Positions 9,358 through 19,390 of a stretch of 64,000 nt of DNA are shown piece by piece (position 1 is the first letter of the stretch; the number at the start of each line of letters is the position of its first letter). The notes under the pieces were generated by a model. It made no database searches. It saw only the letters and a program-made list of their open reading frames with translations, and had not been told where the DNA came from. The DNA is from Deferribacterales bacterium (GTDB lineage: Bacteria > Chrysiogenota > Deferribacteres > Deferribacterales > Geovibrionaceae): positions 273,848-337,847 of the forward strand of contig JBFWLW010000003.1 of NCBI GenBank assembly GCA_050251945.1, in the 5' to 3' direction. The translations under genes were made by a program, and so were the position numbers.

Positions 9358-10341
9358 TTACTTTTTTAACATCATTATACCGAAGAAAACCGCCATGAAT
9401 ACGATGATACCGATGGAGGTGTAAAGCAGCCTGTAGCTGAGGCTTTCCGCTTTATCCATCTGTTCTTTATAGAATTCTTCCAGCTTAGCATCAATTTCTT
9501 TAAGGACATTGAGCTCTTTCTCTATCTTTTCACGGCAGTTGTTAAGTTCGTCTTCAGATTCCATCTCGACCAGAGCGCCTATATAGATAATCAGGCTCTC
9601 CTGAATATTATATATGGACTGTGCGAGATAGTCGAATCTTTCCGTGAACTTATAGAATAAGGTTTTGCGCAGTTCCGGCAGAAGCTTAATCTGAACCCGC
9701 TTAAATCTGTCTTTGAGTTCCGGACTCATGTTGTTAATATCGTCAACACGATCCACATCGTTAAGTATCTGGCGGGTCATGACAAGGTAATGGTCGCACA
9801 TATCAGAAAGGGTGCTTGTGTTCACGAACACCTTTTTACCTTTTGGGGGATTCTGTTTCAGATAGTTTCGTATCTGGAAAAAACCGGAAGCTATTTTAAC
9901 CGTTTTCCGTTTTTTAACGGGTTTGACGGTCATCCGTTTCATGTCAAGTGCTTCCAGCGTTTCGATTATGTCGGCAGGCGTGAATATGTAGTGGTTTTTT
10001 CCGTCGAGAATATCGCGTGTGTCCGCATCAAGATTTGAGTTTGTGAAGAAAAAGAGTTTTGTCAGTCCTTCTTCGTTCATGGTGCGAAGAACGTCTGACG
10101 AAACGTATCTGTCAATATCTTCGCCGTTTCTGCCGATCTCTATCCAGACCATGGCGGATTCTTCGCTTTTTGATGAACGCCACAGTTCTATCCTGCGTTT
10201 TCCTTCATCGTCTTTAATGCTTCTGTGGACAGTGAAGGTGAAGTCATGCATGACTTCGGTTACGTATTCATAAAACTTGTTGAGTTTTATGTTATAGAAA
10301 TCCTGATAGGTTATTTTCTGTTCGCCGTTATCTTCGCTCAT
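9358..10341 (-). CDS. Hypothetical protein with C-terminal TM anchor
   Basis: 327-aa ORF, coiled-coil then hydrophobic C-terminus; N-terminal half weakly resembles the Mrr-type nuclease fold. Confidence 0.7.
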   Translation of the reverse strand: MSEDNGEQKITYQDFYNIKLNKFYEYVTEVMHDFTFTVHRSIKDDEGKRRIELWRSSKSEESAMVWIEIGRNGEDIDRYVSSDVLRTMNEEGLTKLFFFTNSNLDADTRDILDGKNHYIFTPADIIETLEALDMKRMTVKPVKKRKTVKIASGFFQIRNYLKQNPPKGKKVFVNTSTLSDMCDHYLVMTRQILNDVDRVDDINNMSPELKDRFKRVQIKLLPELRKTLFYKFTERFDYLAQSIYNIQESLIIYIGALVEMESEDELNNCREKIEKELNVLKEIDAKLEEFYKEQMDKAESLSYRLLYTSIGIIVFMAVFFGIMMLKK

Positions 10342-11227
10342 ATACCACTGCGCGTCTGTTTAGCGGCTGTCCCTGCGGTTTGTTAGGTGCGACAGGATAT
10401 GCAGGTCCCATGCCCATCATTTTTATGGACGAGCCTGCCAGCCCGTTTGTAAGCATTTTTGATTTAATGAATGCTGCACGTTTATTTGAAAGCTCAATGT
10501 TGTCCTTATATTCGACATTGGGGATAACGCGGACGTCGTCCGTGTGTCCGACTATCATATACTTTTTGTTTTTGCTGAGAGATTTAAGCATATTGATACT
10601 GTCCTGCGTGAGGTTTGTATTGAATTTGCCAAGATCAAAATACACAATGCCTATTTCTTTAAGATCTTTGTCTCTTATGCCGTTGGAATCACATTCCTTT
10701 CCGTTCTTTTCAAAAACAGCCACGACGTATGTATCTTTTTTTACGTTTTTCAGTGAATAGCTATCGGAAACGTCAACCTGCTCGCCATTAACCACAAGTT
10801 TAACAAGTGTCTGGCATGGTGCCGGTTTAAGCTTAAAATCTACGTCGGCTCCGTCTTTAACGGAAAGTTTGCCTATGGGCTGAATGTCGCCTTCGCCGAG
10901 TTTCGTAACGCTGACCTCATGGTCGGAAGGCGCTGTTGTCTGTGCATCGGTGCCTCTGGAAGTATTTACGTTAGGAGTGTAGGGCGCTCCCGGTGCCGAC
11001 TGTTCAATAGAGAGTATCTGCCAGCCATTCAGCGCGACGTTTTCACGGGCTTCCTCTTCATTCTCCGCCCAGACACGCATCTGAGTAGTCACGTTGGAAT
11101 CTGGACGTGCAACTATGACCCGAAAGAATTTGCGATCATTAGCTGAGCTATCTCCACCATATAAAACGGCGGAAATTAGTATTAGGCTTAGAAAGCTTCG
11201 GAGAAAGGTCACGGTAATTATTTTCAT
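10328..11227 (-). CDS. OmpA-family peptidoglycan-binding protein
   Basis: Signal-like N-terminus from ATG 11227; VYFD, IVGHTD, ELSNKRA, NRRAVV OmpA-C motifs. Confidence 0.85.
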   Translation of the reverse strand: MKIITVTFLRSFLSLILISAVLYGGDSSANDRKFFRVIVARPDSNVTTQMRVWAENEEEARENVALNGWQILSIEQSAPGAPYTPNVNTSRGTDAQTTAPSDHEVSVTKLGEGDIQPIGKLSVKDGADVDFKLKPAPCQTLVKLVVNGEQVDVSDSYSLKNVKKDTYVVAVFEKNGKECDSNGIRDKDLKEIGIVYFDLGKFNTNLTQDSINMLKSLSKNKKYMIVGHTDDVRVIPNVEYKDNIELSNKRAAFIKSKMLTNGLAGSSIKMMGMGPAYPVAPNKPQGQPLNRRAVVYERR

Positions 11228-11468
11228 TAAGTTTGTACTGTTTTGCTGCTGCTTCAAAGTCGTCACCTTTCACGACGTCAACGATAGTTAATTCGTAAAT
11301 AATATCTTTTCCGCCGTAGTAGTGCAAGAATGCGGATGGTTGGAGTTTCGAGGCGGTCTGGAAACGTCTGGTTTCCGTGACCACCTCGTATATGTAAATC
11401 TTAGCCGTAGCGGTACGGCAAAATATTAATACTAAACTAAGAGTTAGAAGAGTTCGCCATAAGCTCAT
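11148..11468 (-). CDS. Small exported hypothetical protein
   Basis: 106 aa with a signal-peptide-like N-terminus; overlaps cheA and the OmpA gene. Confidence 0.55.
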   Translation of the reverse strand: MSLWRTLLTLSLVLIFCRTATAKIYIYEVVTETRRFQTASKLQPSAFLHYYGGKDIIYELTIVDVVKGDDFEAAAKQYKLNENNYRDLSPKLSKPNTNFRRFIWWR

Positions 11469-13518
11469 CTATCTTGTCCATCAGCATCTGCATGTTCAGA
11501 GGCTTAAGGAGGAAAGCGTCGATGCCTGCCGCTGATATTTTTTTGCGTTCGGATATTTCCGATCTGCCTGATGCTGCGATGATGGGCTTGTCATAGCCTT
11601 TTTCTCTGAGGTTTCTTGCGACCTCATAGCCGTCCATATCGGGCATCATGATGTCAGTTATGACGATGTCAGGATTAAGTTTATCTATCATCTTGACAGC
11701 GTCCTTGCCGCTTGTTACCTCTTTAGTTTCCATCCAGCCTGTGGATGTGAGCAGTCTGCTGATTATCTTGCGATCGGTTGCCGAATCGTCGATTATCAGA
11801 ACTGTTATCTTGTTGTTATTTCTTTTGCCGGATTCAACTTTTTTCTTCTGTCTGAATCTTCTGGGCATTTTGGATGCTATATCCATTACGCCGGCAACGT
11901 CGATGATAAGACGCACGCGTCCGTCGCCCATGATGGTCGCGCCGGCGATGCCTTCATTTCCGCTGAGGTATTCGCCGAGTGATTTGATAACGATCTCTTC
12001 CTGACCGACGAGCTTATTCACTATGAAGCCGAGGCGTTTTTCAGCTATACCGACGACAACGACATAAATATCCTCATCGTAGGATTCCTGAAATTCGTAT
12101 ATTTCGTTAAGGCGGATAAGGCTGAGAACTGAATCGCGCAGTTTGAGCACTTCGCGTCCTTCAAAGCTGTGTATCTGTTTTTCGTTTATGCGCACTGTCT
12201 CTATAACTGAAACGAGCGGGATTGCGAGTACCTCGCCCGATACTTCAACAAGAAGAGCCTGAATGATGGCAAGAGTGAGAGGCAGTTTCATTTTGAAACG
12301 CGTCCCGTGACCGATTTCAGATTCTATGTTGATGATACCGTTCAGTTTTTCAATGTTTGTCTTAACAACGTCCATACCCACGCCGCGACCTGAAACGTCG
12401 GTTATCTGAGCCGCAGTGGAGAAACCGGGGCGGAAAATGAGACTATATGCGGTCTCGTTATCCATATTTTTGGCCTCTTCGGGGCTGATAACGTTCTTTT
12501 CGACAGCTTTCTTTCTCAGCATGTCGGGGTCGAGACCTTTACCGTCATCTTTAATTTCAACAACGATGTGGTTGCCTTCGTGATAAGCAGAGAGGTTTAC
12601 GATACCTTTATCAGGTTTGCCTTTTTTGCGTCTTTCAGAGGGAACCTCGACACCGTGGTCAACTGCGTTTCTGATCATGTGCATCAGGGGGTCGCCTATT
12701 TCTTCCACGACGGATTTATCAAGCTCTGTCTCTTCGCCTGCGATCACAAGGTCTATATCCTTCTGCATGTCGCGGCAGAGGTCGCGCACCATGCGGGGGA
12801 ATTTGTTGAAAACTTTGCCGATGGGAACCATTCTGGTCTTCATAACGGCAAGCTGAAGTTCGGTGGAGATGAGACCTATCTGTGATGTGGTCTCCATAAG
12901 CTGTTCTACAAGGTATTCTCCCTCGAATTTCTTTTCCAGTTCGCCTGATATCTGTCCGATACGGTTACGCGACAGAACAAGCTCACCCACAAGGTTCATG
13001 AGTGAATCCAGACGGGAAACGTCAACGCGTATGGTTTGTTCAACAGCAACAGCGGCTTTTTTAACCTGCTCAACGCTCTCTCTTTTTGCGCCTGCGCTTG
13101 CGGATGCTTCGCTTGCGCCGCCCATTCTGAGTTTTCCTTCGTTTGCAAGTTTAAGCTTGGGCACGATTTCGTCGATTGACGCAGTGTTGGTACCGTTTTT
13201 TATGTCTGCAATGATTGTTTTTGTAACGTCAACGAACTCAAGCAGGACGTCCATTATCTCAGGAGTAACCTGCATTTCGTTTTTTCTCAGTTTGTTGAGG
13301 ATCTCTTCAGCGTGGTGGGTAACGCTGCTCATCTTGTCAAACCCGAGGAAGGACGAAGCACCTTTCATGGTGTGAGCCGCCCTGAATATTTTATTCAGAA
13401 GTTCAAAGTCGTTCTTTCTGTTTTCCAGTTCAATAAGATCCTGATCGAGACTCTCGACAATTTCATCGGTCTCAAGAATAAAGTCCTGTACAAGGTCCTG
13501 CATTTCATTATTGCTCAT
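11437..13518 (-). CDS. cheA: Chemotaxis histidine kinase with C-terminal receiver domain
   Basis: Hpt FRAAHTMKG, HMIRNAVDHG, GRGVGMDVV, CheW domain, then REC (IIDDS, TDIMMP, LKP). Confidence 0.96.
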   Translation of the reverse strand: MSNNEMQDLVQDFILETDEIVESLDQDLIELENRKNDFELLNKIFRAAHTMKGASSFLGFDKMSSVTHHAEEILNKLRKNEMQVTPEIMDVLLEFVDVTKTIIADIKNGTNTASIDEIVPKLKLANEGKLRMGGASEASASAGAKRESVEQVKKAAVAVEQTIRVDVSRLDSLMNLVGELVLSRNRIGQISGELEKKFEGEYLVEQLMETTSQIGLISTELQLAVMKTRMVPIGKVFNKFPRMVRDLCRDMQKDIDLVIAGEETELDKSVVEEIGDPLMHMIRNAVDHGVEVPSERRKKGKPDKGIVNLSAYHEGNHIVVEIKDDGKGLDPDMLRKKAVEKNVISPEEAKNMDNETAYSLIFRPGFSTAAQITDVSGRGVGMDVVKTNIEKLNGIINIESEIGHGTRFKMKLPLTLAIIQALLVEVSGEVLAIPLVSVIETVRINEKQIHSFEGREVLKLRDSVLSLIRLNEIYEFQESYDEDIYVVVVGIAEKRLGFIVNKLVGQEEIVIKSLGEYLSGNEGIAGATIMGDGRVRLIIDVAGVMDIASKMPRRFRQKKKVESGKRNNNKITVLIIDDSATDRKIISRLLTSTGWMETKEVTSGKDAVKMIDKLNPDIVITDIMMPDMDGYEVARNLREKGYDKPIIAASGRSEISERKKISAAGIDAFLLKPLNMQMLMDKIDELMANSSNS

Positions 13519-13533
13519 GATTTCCTCCGGACC

Positions 13534-14166
13534 TTACTGACCGAACTCTTTAAGAAGTTCGTCAACAAGATTCTGGTCTTTTAAAAGGTCTTTTTTATCT
13601 TTGATCATATCAAGCATCTGTACGTCGATCTTATTCTCTTTAACTCCGAACATGAGAACAAGATGCGCCAGCCTTTCCTGAAGGTCATAAATTATTTTAA
13701 CAAGCTTATCTATTTTTTGCTTGGTAATGTCCTGAAATTCCAGTGAAGCAATTATATCGAAACAGGTGTCCTGACCGCCGAGGGCCTTGTCGCGCAGTCT
13801 GTCGATTATGCCGCCCGCAAGTCCGTATTGTCCGGCAGCGACCTGATCCTTTATGGTTTGTATGTTTTCTCTGATATCATCGGTTATGAAATTGATTTTG
13901 TCAACACAGGCAAGAACGTTTTCCGATGCGGTTTTAGAGTCTGCAATGATGGCTTTCAGGGTGTCTTCAAAACCCGGAAGGTCTTCATAGCTGTCTTCCA
14001 CTGTATCGTACACAGCTTTCAGCTTGTTTATGGCATCGCTGAAATATTGTGCGATATGATAAAGTTCGTTTTCGGCGTTAACTTCAACGCCTGCAACGTC
14101 ATAGTTTCCTTCATTGATGCTTCTGGCGATATCCAGAAGTTCGTTTATGTCTTTGTAATCAGACAT
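13534..14166 (-). CDS. CheZ-like phosphatase
   Basis: LEFQDITKQKI (FQDxxxQ motif) and C-terminal QNLVDELLKEFG; lies between cheY and cheA. Confidence 0.75.
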   Translation of the reverse strand: MSDYKDINELLDIARSINEGNYDVAGVEVNAENELYHIAQYFSDAINKLKAVYDTVEDSYEDLPGFEDTLKAIIADSKTASENVLACVDKINFITDDIRENIQTIKDQVAAGQYGLAGGIIDRLRDKALGGQDTCFDIIASLEFQDITKQKIDKLVKIIYDLQERLAHLVLMFGVKENKIDVQMLDMIKDKKDLLKDQNLVDELLKEFGQ

Positions 14167-14167
14167 A

Positions 14168-14545
14168 TCACAGTCCCAGAAGCTTGTTAACCTTCTCCTG
14201 AAGCGTATCCGGAGTAAACGGCTTAACAACGTAGTTGTTAACGCCGCTGCGCAGCGCAGTAAGGATATCTTCTTTGGCGGCTTCTGTGGTCACCATGAGT
14301 ATGGGGGTCTCTTTGTATTCGTCCTTCGCTCTGAGTGTTTTTACGAAGGTCAGACCGTCCATTTCAGGCATGTTCCAGTCGGTGATTATCAAATCAACTT
14401 CATTTTTTGCAAGCACATCAAGACCTTCAACGCCGTTGCCGGCTTCCAGTACGTTTGTGAAGCCCAGCTTGGTGAGAGTATTTTTGATGATCCTGCGCAT
14501 CGTTGAAGAATCGTCAACTGTTATAATCACATGGTCGTAAGCCAT
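14168..14545 (-). CDS. cheY: Chemotaxis response regulator
   Basis: VDDSSTMRRII, TDWNMPEMDG, YVVKPFTP; GGAGG upstream of ATG 14545. Confidence 0.95.
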   Translation of the reverse strand: MAYDHVIITVDDSSTMRRIIKNTLTKLGFTNVLEAGNGVEGLDVLAKNEVDLIITDWNMPEMDGLTFVKTLRAKDEYKETPILMVTTEAAKEDILTALRSGVNNYVVKPFTPDTLQEKVNKLLGL

Positions 14546-14602
14546 TATCGGGTCCTCCACCTGTTTATATACACTATATTATTTCCAAAACAGCGGGTAC
14601 TG

Positions 14603-15520
14603 TCAATCTTTTAATTTCTTTATCCGTTCTGCGCGGCTCACAATTTCTTTTATACGGAAACCGAAATAGCCGTCCACAATAACGACCTCGCCCCTTGCGA
14701 TGACCTTGTTGTTAATCACAAGTTCAACAGGCTCATCCGCGGATTCGTCAAGTTCTATGATATTACCTGATCCCATTGTGAGAATATCCTTTAAAAACAT
14801 GTTTGTCGAACCCATTTTTACACTTACAGGAACGTCAATATCCAAAAGCAGGTCAAGATTGCCGGAATTATGGGCGTGACCGCCGCCTCCGATCTCGGGA
14901 ATATGCATTCCCGTTTCGTCGTCAGGGAACTTGAAAGCCGCTCCGAAATCCGGTTCTTCGCCGAATCCGGCTCCAGAGGAACCGCCGCCGAACTCGTTCA
15001 GCAGTGTGCTGTCGGTGTAAAAACGGAAAGTCGTGCTTGTGGAGCCTATGCTAAGTGCGGCATCCACCACCATGTATTCTGCTGCCTGAAAAAGTGCGGG
15101 CGCATCATTAATCATTACATCGTCTATTCTGAAAGAAACCTTAATGCCGGTTTTTTCTTTAACCGGTTCACCGCAAGCCGCCAGAAGCTGAGATGCATAT
15201 TCTTTGATGGCGTCTTTGTCGTCTGCTTCGAGTTTGTTTTTGCCCGGTTCATCCATCATCATCATAAGATTGGTCATGTATGTGATGTCCACGGTGTTGA
15301 ACATTATACCCGCTTCCGCACCCGTGTGTTCTTCCGTGACCAGAATGAGGGTCTGTTCCTCATATCCGGATGTGAGGTCGTCGGGACCTGTGGAGCTCAC
15401 CTGTGCAAAGGACAGGTTTACGTTTTTATCCATAGACATGCTGGTGATAGTGCTTTTAAACACATCCAGAAGAACATTTGTCAGCGGGGAATGTCTGCTG
15501 TCACTCAGCGGTGTTTTCAT
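14603..15520 (-). CDS. fliN: Flagellar motor switch protein FliN (FliY-like N-terminal extension)
   Basis: C-terminal NLDLLLDIDVPVSVKMG...IARGEVVIVDGYFGFRI SpoA domain. Confidence 0.85.
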   Translation of the reverse strand: MKTPLSDSRHSPLTNVLLDVFKSTITSMSMDKNVNLSFAQVSSTGPDDLTSGYEEQTLILVTEEHTGAEAGIMFNTVDITYMTNLMMMMDEPGKNKLEADDKDAIKEYASQLLAACGEPVKEKTGIKVSFRIDDVMINDAPALFQAAEYMVVDAALSIGSTSTTFRFYTDSTLLNEFGGGSSGAGFGEEPDFGAAFKFPDDETGMHIPEIGGGGHAHNSGNLDLLLDIDVPVSVKMGSTNMFLKDILTMGSGNIIELDESADEPVELVINNKVIARGEVVIVDGYFGFRIKEIVSRAERIKKLKD

Positions 15521-16511
15521 CGTTGTTCTCCGTTAAAAATTCCGTTATCTTCACAGCCCTTTTCACTCCGAGGGTGCCGACGGTACCGAGGAATTTTTTC
15601 TTGTTGTTAAGGAATATTTCCGAGGGTCTGTCGCTTTTTACATTGAACATGACAAGGTCGCCCTTTGAAAGCTCAAGGATGTCCTCGATGCTCAGCTTGC
15701 TGTGTCCCATGTATACGTTTGTATACACTTCGGTGTCGTTGAGAATACTGAGAATCTCGTTTTCGTTGTCGCCCATGGCTCCTTTTTTGGCGCCAATGAG
15801 CCAGTCTGTGGAGCTTATCTTGCCCAGAACGGGTTCAAGAACTATGGCAGGGATACAGAGGTTCATCATTCCGAGCACTTCGCCGAACTTTACCTCGAAC
15901 ACGACAAGTATGACGACTTCGTTTTGGGAAACGATCTGTATGATGTGGGGGCTGTTTTCCGACAGCTCCTTTTTCATGCGTATGTTGGGGATTATCTGCC
16001 GCCAGACTTCCTCAAGGTCTTTGAGGATAAGGCTTAAGATACCGTCCATTATGTGCTGTTCAAGCGTGGTAAGCTCGCGGGTGTTGAACAGAGGTTTCCC
16101 CATTCCGCCCAGAAGTTTGTCGACGATAGGGAAAACCAGCGACGGGTTTATCTCCAGTACCGTGTTTCCCTCCATGGGTATCATGCTTATGATGTTGAAG
16201 CTGGTTGGGTCGGGCAGAGACATAAGGAATTCGCCGTATGTCATCTGGTCAACTGACGTAAGTGTTATATCTGTGATGGTTCTCAGATAGTTTGAAAGTG
16301 TGGACGAAAAGTTTCTTGCAAACTTGTCGTGCAGGTTACGTATGGAGCGGAGCTGTTCCTTGCTTACGCGGTCTGGTCTCCGGAAATCATAAACGGATAT
16401 TTTCTTGGGGACAAAATCCAATTGTTCGACAGTATCATCCGACATATCGTCGTCTGTCGAGACGGTTGACAGCAGGGCATCAATCTCCTCCTGACTAAGA
16501 ATATCCGCCAT
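15501..16511 (-). CDS. fliM: Flagellar motor switch protein FliM
   Basis: MADILSQEEIDALL, YDFRRPDRVSKEQLR. Confidence 0.97.
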   Translation of the reverse strand: MADILSQEEIDALLSTVSTDDDMSDDTVEQLDFVPKKISVYDFRRPDRVSKEQLRSIRNLHDKFARNFSSTLSNYLRTITDITLTSVDQMTYGEFLMSLPDPTSFNIISMIPMEGNTVLEINPSLVFPIVDKLLGGMGKPLFNTRELTTLEQHIMDGILSLILKDLEEVWRQIIPNIRMKKELSENSPHIIQIVSQNEVVILVVFEVKFGEVLGMMNLCIPAIVLEPVLGKISSTDWLIGAKKGAMGDNENEILSILNDTEVYTNVYMGHSKLSIEDILELSKGDLVMFNVKSDRPSEIFLNNKKKFLGTVGTLGVKRAVKITEFLTENNDENTAE

Positions 16512-16521
16512 TTATCACCCT

Positions 16522-17592
16522 TTACTTGCAGTATGCAACAATACGCTGGTATATCTCGTCCAGAGGGACAACTTCGTCGTGTATGTTCGCTTCGACAACC
16601 GCTCTGGGCATGCCGTAGACAACGCATGACGCTTCGTTCTGGGCGATAACGTTTCCGCCCTTAAGCTTTAGGAGCTGAAGCCCCTTCATTCCGTCGGAAC
16701 CCATTCCCGTCATGATAACGCCGAGCGCGTCGCGCCCGATGTGTTCTGCAACGGAAGCCACTGTCACATCCACGCTGGGGATATGCAGAGAGTTTGAAGG
16801 TTCCGTAGAAAGCTCTGTATAATAGTGGGGACCAACTTTTTTCAGTTTCATGTGCACGCCGCCTTTGGCAATGTACACGGTGTTCGGTTCAAGCTGTTCC
16901 TTGCCCTGCGCCTCGACGACGTGAACCTTGCTCAGCGAATCGAGCCTTTGGGCGAGGGATTTAGTAAAGTTCGGGGGCATGTGCTGAACCACAAGCACGG
17001 GAACTCCGAGGTCTGCCGGAAGCATCGGGATAACCTTTTGCAGAGACTGGGGACCGCCTGTGGAAGTGCCGATCACAACAAGTTTCTTTTTGCTGGTTAT
17101 CTTCGGCGCCGCCCTTGTTATCATCGGAGCGGCAGGTGCCGCGGTTCCGGAGGGCGCCATGGGTTTTCTCAGGGTTCTTGCGAAGAACGCCTTGCGTCTG
17201 CCGAAGTTCTTAACTTTTTCGCGCAGGTCGTCCTCAATTTTAAGCACGCCGAAGCTGGCGAACGATTTATCTTTCGGAATGAAGTCAACGGCGCCGAGGT
17301 CAAGTGCCTTAAGCGTCGCCTCCGCTCCCTCTGTGGTGAGCGAGCTAACCATGATAACGGGCAGAGGGTTATCCGCCATTATCTTTTCCAGAGCCGTCAG
17401 TCCGTCCATTCTGGGCATTTCAATGTCCAGTGTTACAACATCAGGCTTGAGTGTCTTAACTTTCTCGATAGCTTCAATGCCGTTGCTGGCGGTACCTATT
17501 ACCTGTATATCCGGATCTTTGGCAAGCATGCCTTCAATTGCTCTGCGCATGAAGGCGGAATCATCAACAACAAGCACAGTGATCTTATTCAT
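16522..17592 (-). CDS. cheB: Chemotaxis methylesterase
   Basis: REC domain plus GTSTGGP, VQHMP, MTGMGSDG, VVYGMP. Confidence 0.97.
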   Translation of the reverse strand: MNKITVLVVDDSAFMRRAIEGMLAKDPDIQVIGTASNGIEAIEKVKTLKPDVVTLDIEMPRMDGLTALEKIMADNPLPVIMVSSLTTEGAEATLKALDLGAVDFIPKDKSFASFGVLKIEDDLREKVKNFGRRKAFFARTLRKPMAPSGTAAPAAPMITRAAPKITSKKKLVVIGTSTGGPQSLQKVIPMLPADLGVPVLVVQHMPPNFTKSLAQRLDSLSKVHVVEAQGKEQLEPNTVYIAKGGVHMKLKKVGPHYYTELSTEPSNSLHIPSVDVTVASVAEHIGRDALGVIMTGMGSDGMKGLQLLKLKGGNVIAQNEASCVVYGMPRAVVEANIHDEVVPLDEIYQRIVAYCK

Positions 17593-18322
17593 AAAACTCC
17601 CTCAGTCTCTTCTGAAGCTTTGCCGCGGCCGCAGAGTGGATCTGTGACACTCTGGACTCAGTGATGCCCAGAACTTCAGCTATCTCCTTCATAGTGAGTT
17701 CTTCGTAATAATACAGTGAAACTACGTATTTCTCTTTTTCTCCAAGCGCATCTATTTCTTCTGCAAGTTTTTCAACAAGCGTGTTTCTGACTGTTTCATC
17801 CTCGGGTGTAAGCCCGTTGAATTTGATAAAGTCAACAAGCGTGGTCTCGCCGTCGGGTCCGATGGTTTCGTCAAGGCTCAGCACCTTGTCGTTTTCCATA
17901 AGCTCCTGAAGCCTGTGAACCTCTGTTTCGGAAAAGTCGCTGTTGCTGACAATCTCCTCAACGCTGGGCTTTTCACCGGAATGTCTGTAATGGCTGTCCA
18001 TGTGTCTTTCAAGCTGTTTAAGCCTTGTGCGGACATTTCTGGGGAGAAAGTCGAGGTTGCGCAGTGTGTCGAGTATTGCGCCCTTGATGCGTCTTTCGCC
18101 GTATGTATAGAAATTTACGTTTCTGTCTTTGTCAAATCTTTCAAGTGATTCTATAAGTCCGAGACATGCGGAAGAGTAGAGATCGTCCACATCCACGCTG
18201 TCGGGCAGAGTGGTACTGATTCGCAGAACCCATGACTTTATCCTCGGCATGAACTCCGTGATAATTTTTTCTTTTTCTTCCCTGCTGAATTTGTTACCTG
18301 ATGCAGACTCGTAAGGCGTCAC
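17585..18322 (-). CDS. fliA: Flagellar sigma factor sigma-28
   Basis: RIKGAILD.LR..D..PR; LYYYEELTMKEIAEVLGITESRVSQIH. Confidence 0.95.
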   Translation of the reverse strand: MTPYESASGNKFSREEKEKIITEFMPRIKSWVLRISTTLPDSVDVDDLYSSACLGLIESLERFDKDRNVNFYTYGERRIKGAILDTLRNLDFLPRNVRTRLKQLERHMDSHYRHSGEKPSVEEIVSNSDFSETEVHRLQELMENDKVLSLDETIGPDGETTLVDFIKFNGLTPEDETVRNTLVEKLAEEIDALGEKEKYVVSLYYYEELTMKEIAEVLGITESRVSQIHSAAAAKLQKRLREFYE

Positions 18323-18522
18323 ATTATCTTCCTGAAGTTAATTAAAATACGGTCTATCATAAAGAACAGACTTTTTGCGATCATATAAATCGCAAAGAAC
18401 ATTATAATGTCCCTTATCATATAAGTCAATTTTACATCAAAAATTATGAATTTCACCACAAAAGAGGTGATGAAGACCGTTGAAGACAACAGCAGCGCCA
18501 TTTCCCTGTAAGAAAGATTCAT
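18319..18522 (-). CDS. Small membrane protein
   Basis: 67 aa, two hydrophobic segments, GGAGG RBS, stop overlaps fliA start. Confidence 0.65.
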   Translation of the reverse strand: MNLSYREMALLLSSTVFITSFVVKFIIFDVKLTYMIRDIIMFFAIYMIAKSLFFMIDRILINFRKIM

Positions 18523-18544
18523 ACCGTCCTCCTGTGAAACCTGT

Positions 18545-19390
18545 TCACTTGAAGACGCCTTTCAGCTTTTCGTAGAGATTCTGCTTCTTCTGTTCCAGTT
18601 CAAGCTGCCCGGAAATCTTCTTTGCTATGGGCAGCAGGTCTTTAACATATGATGCCGTAGGGGCGAGTATGCAGACCGGCTTCTGGTTCTTAACGGATTT
18701 TATCAGCGTTTTGTCCTCTCGCAGATAACCCAGAAGGGAAAGCTCCACGTTAAGGAACTTCTGTGCAACATTTTTCATGCTCTCAAAAATTCCTTTAACA
18801 CCTGCAACGTCGTCCACCCTGTTGAGTACAAAGTGAATCTCCTGAATGCCGTACTGAAAATGCACGACCTTCATAAAAGCGTATGCGTCGGTTATCGCGG
18901 TGGGTTCCGGCACTGTAAGCACGATGACCATATCCGCGACGGATGCGAACCGTATCACGTTTTCAGAGATTCCCGCGCCCGTGTCAAACAGTATGAAATC
19001 ATACTGTCCGTCCAGCAGAACGAATATGTCCAGAAGCTTTTCATGTTCCTTTTCAGACAGATTTGAGAGCTCAACGAAGCCGCTGGAGGCGGGGATGACA
19101 TCAATGCCGTAAACGTTGCGCTTTATGATGTCGTTCAGCCCGACCTCGCCCGTCAGAAATTTTCTGATAGAGGCGGAAACGCTGATATTGAGCAGGATGT
19201 CAACGTTGGCAAGTCCAAGGTCTGCGTCGAAGACGAGGACTTTTTTGCCTAGCTGTGCCAGCAGACAAGCAAGGTTTACGGCAAAATTTGTCTTGCCTAC
19301 ACCACCTTTTCCGCTGGAGATAGAAAGGTAAGTCGCCTTTCTGTTCTGCTCCCATGCTTTCTTTCGCAGGCTGTGTGCCTGATCCGTCAT
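18545..19390 (-). CDS. flhG: MinD/ParA-family flagellar number regulator
   Basis: MTDQAHSLR, SGKGGVGKT, DADLGLAN, PEPTAITDAY; follows flhF. Confidence 0.92.
   Translation of the reverse strand: MTDQAHSLRKKAWEQNRKATYLSISSGKGGVGKTNFAVNLACLLAQLGKKVLVFDADLGLANVDILLNISVSASIRKFLTGEVGLNDIIKRNVYGIDVIPASSGFVELSNLSEKEHEKLLDIFVLLDGQYDFILFDTGAGISENVIRFASVADMVIVLTVPEPTAITDAYAFMKVVHFQYGIQEIHFVLNRVDDVAGVKGIFESMKNVAQKFLNVELSLLGYLREDKTLIKSVKNQKPVCILAPTASYVKDLLPIAKKISGQLELEQKKQNLYEKLKGVFK

Noticed and set aside
11148..11227. 80-nt same-strand overlap of two exported-protein genes as deliberate dual coding
   Set aside because: The starts are uncertain and such overlaps occur by stop-codon drift in compact operons.
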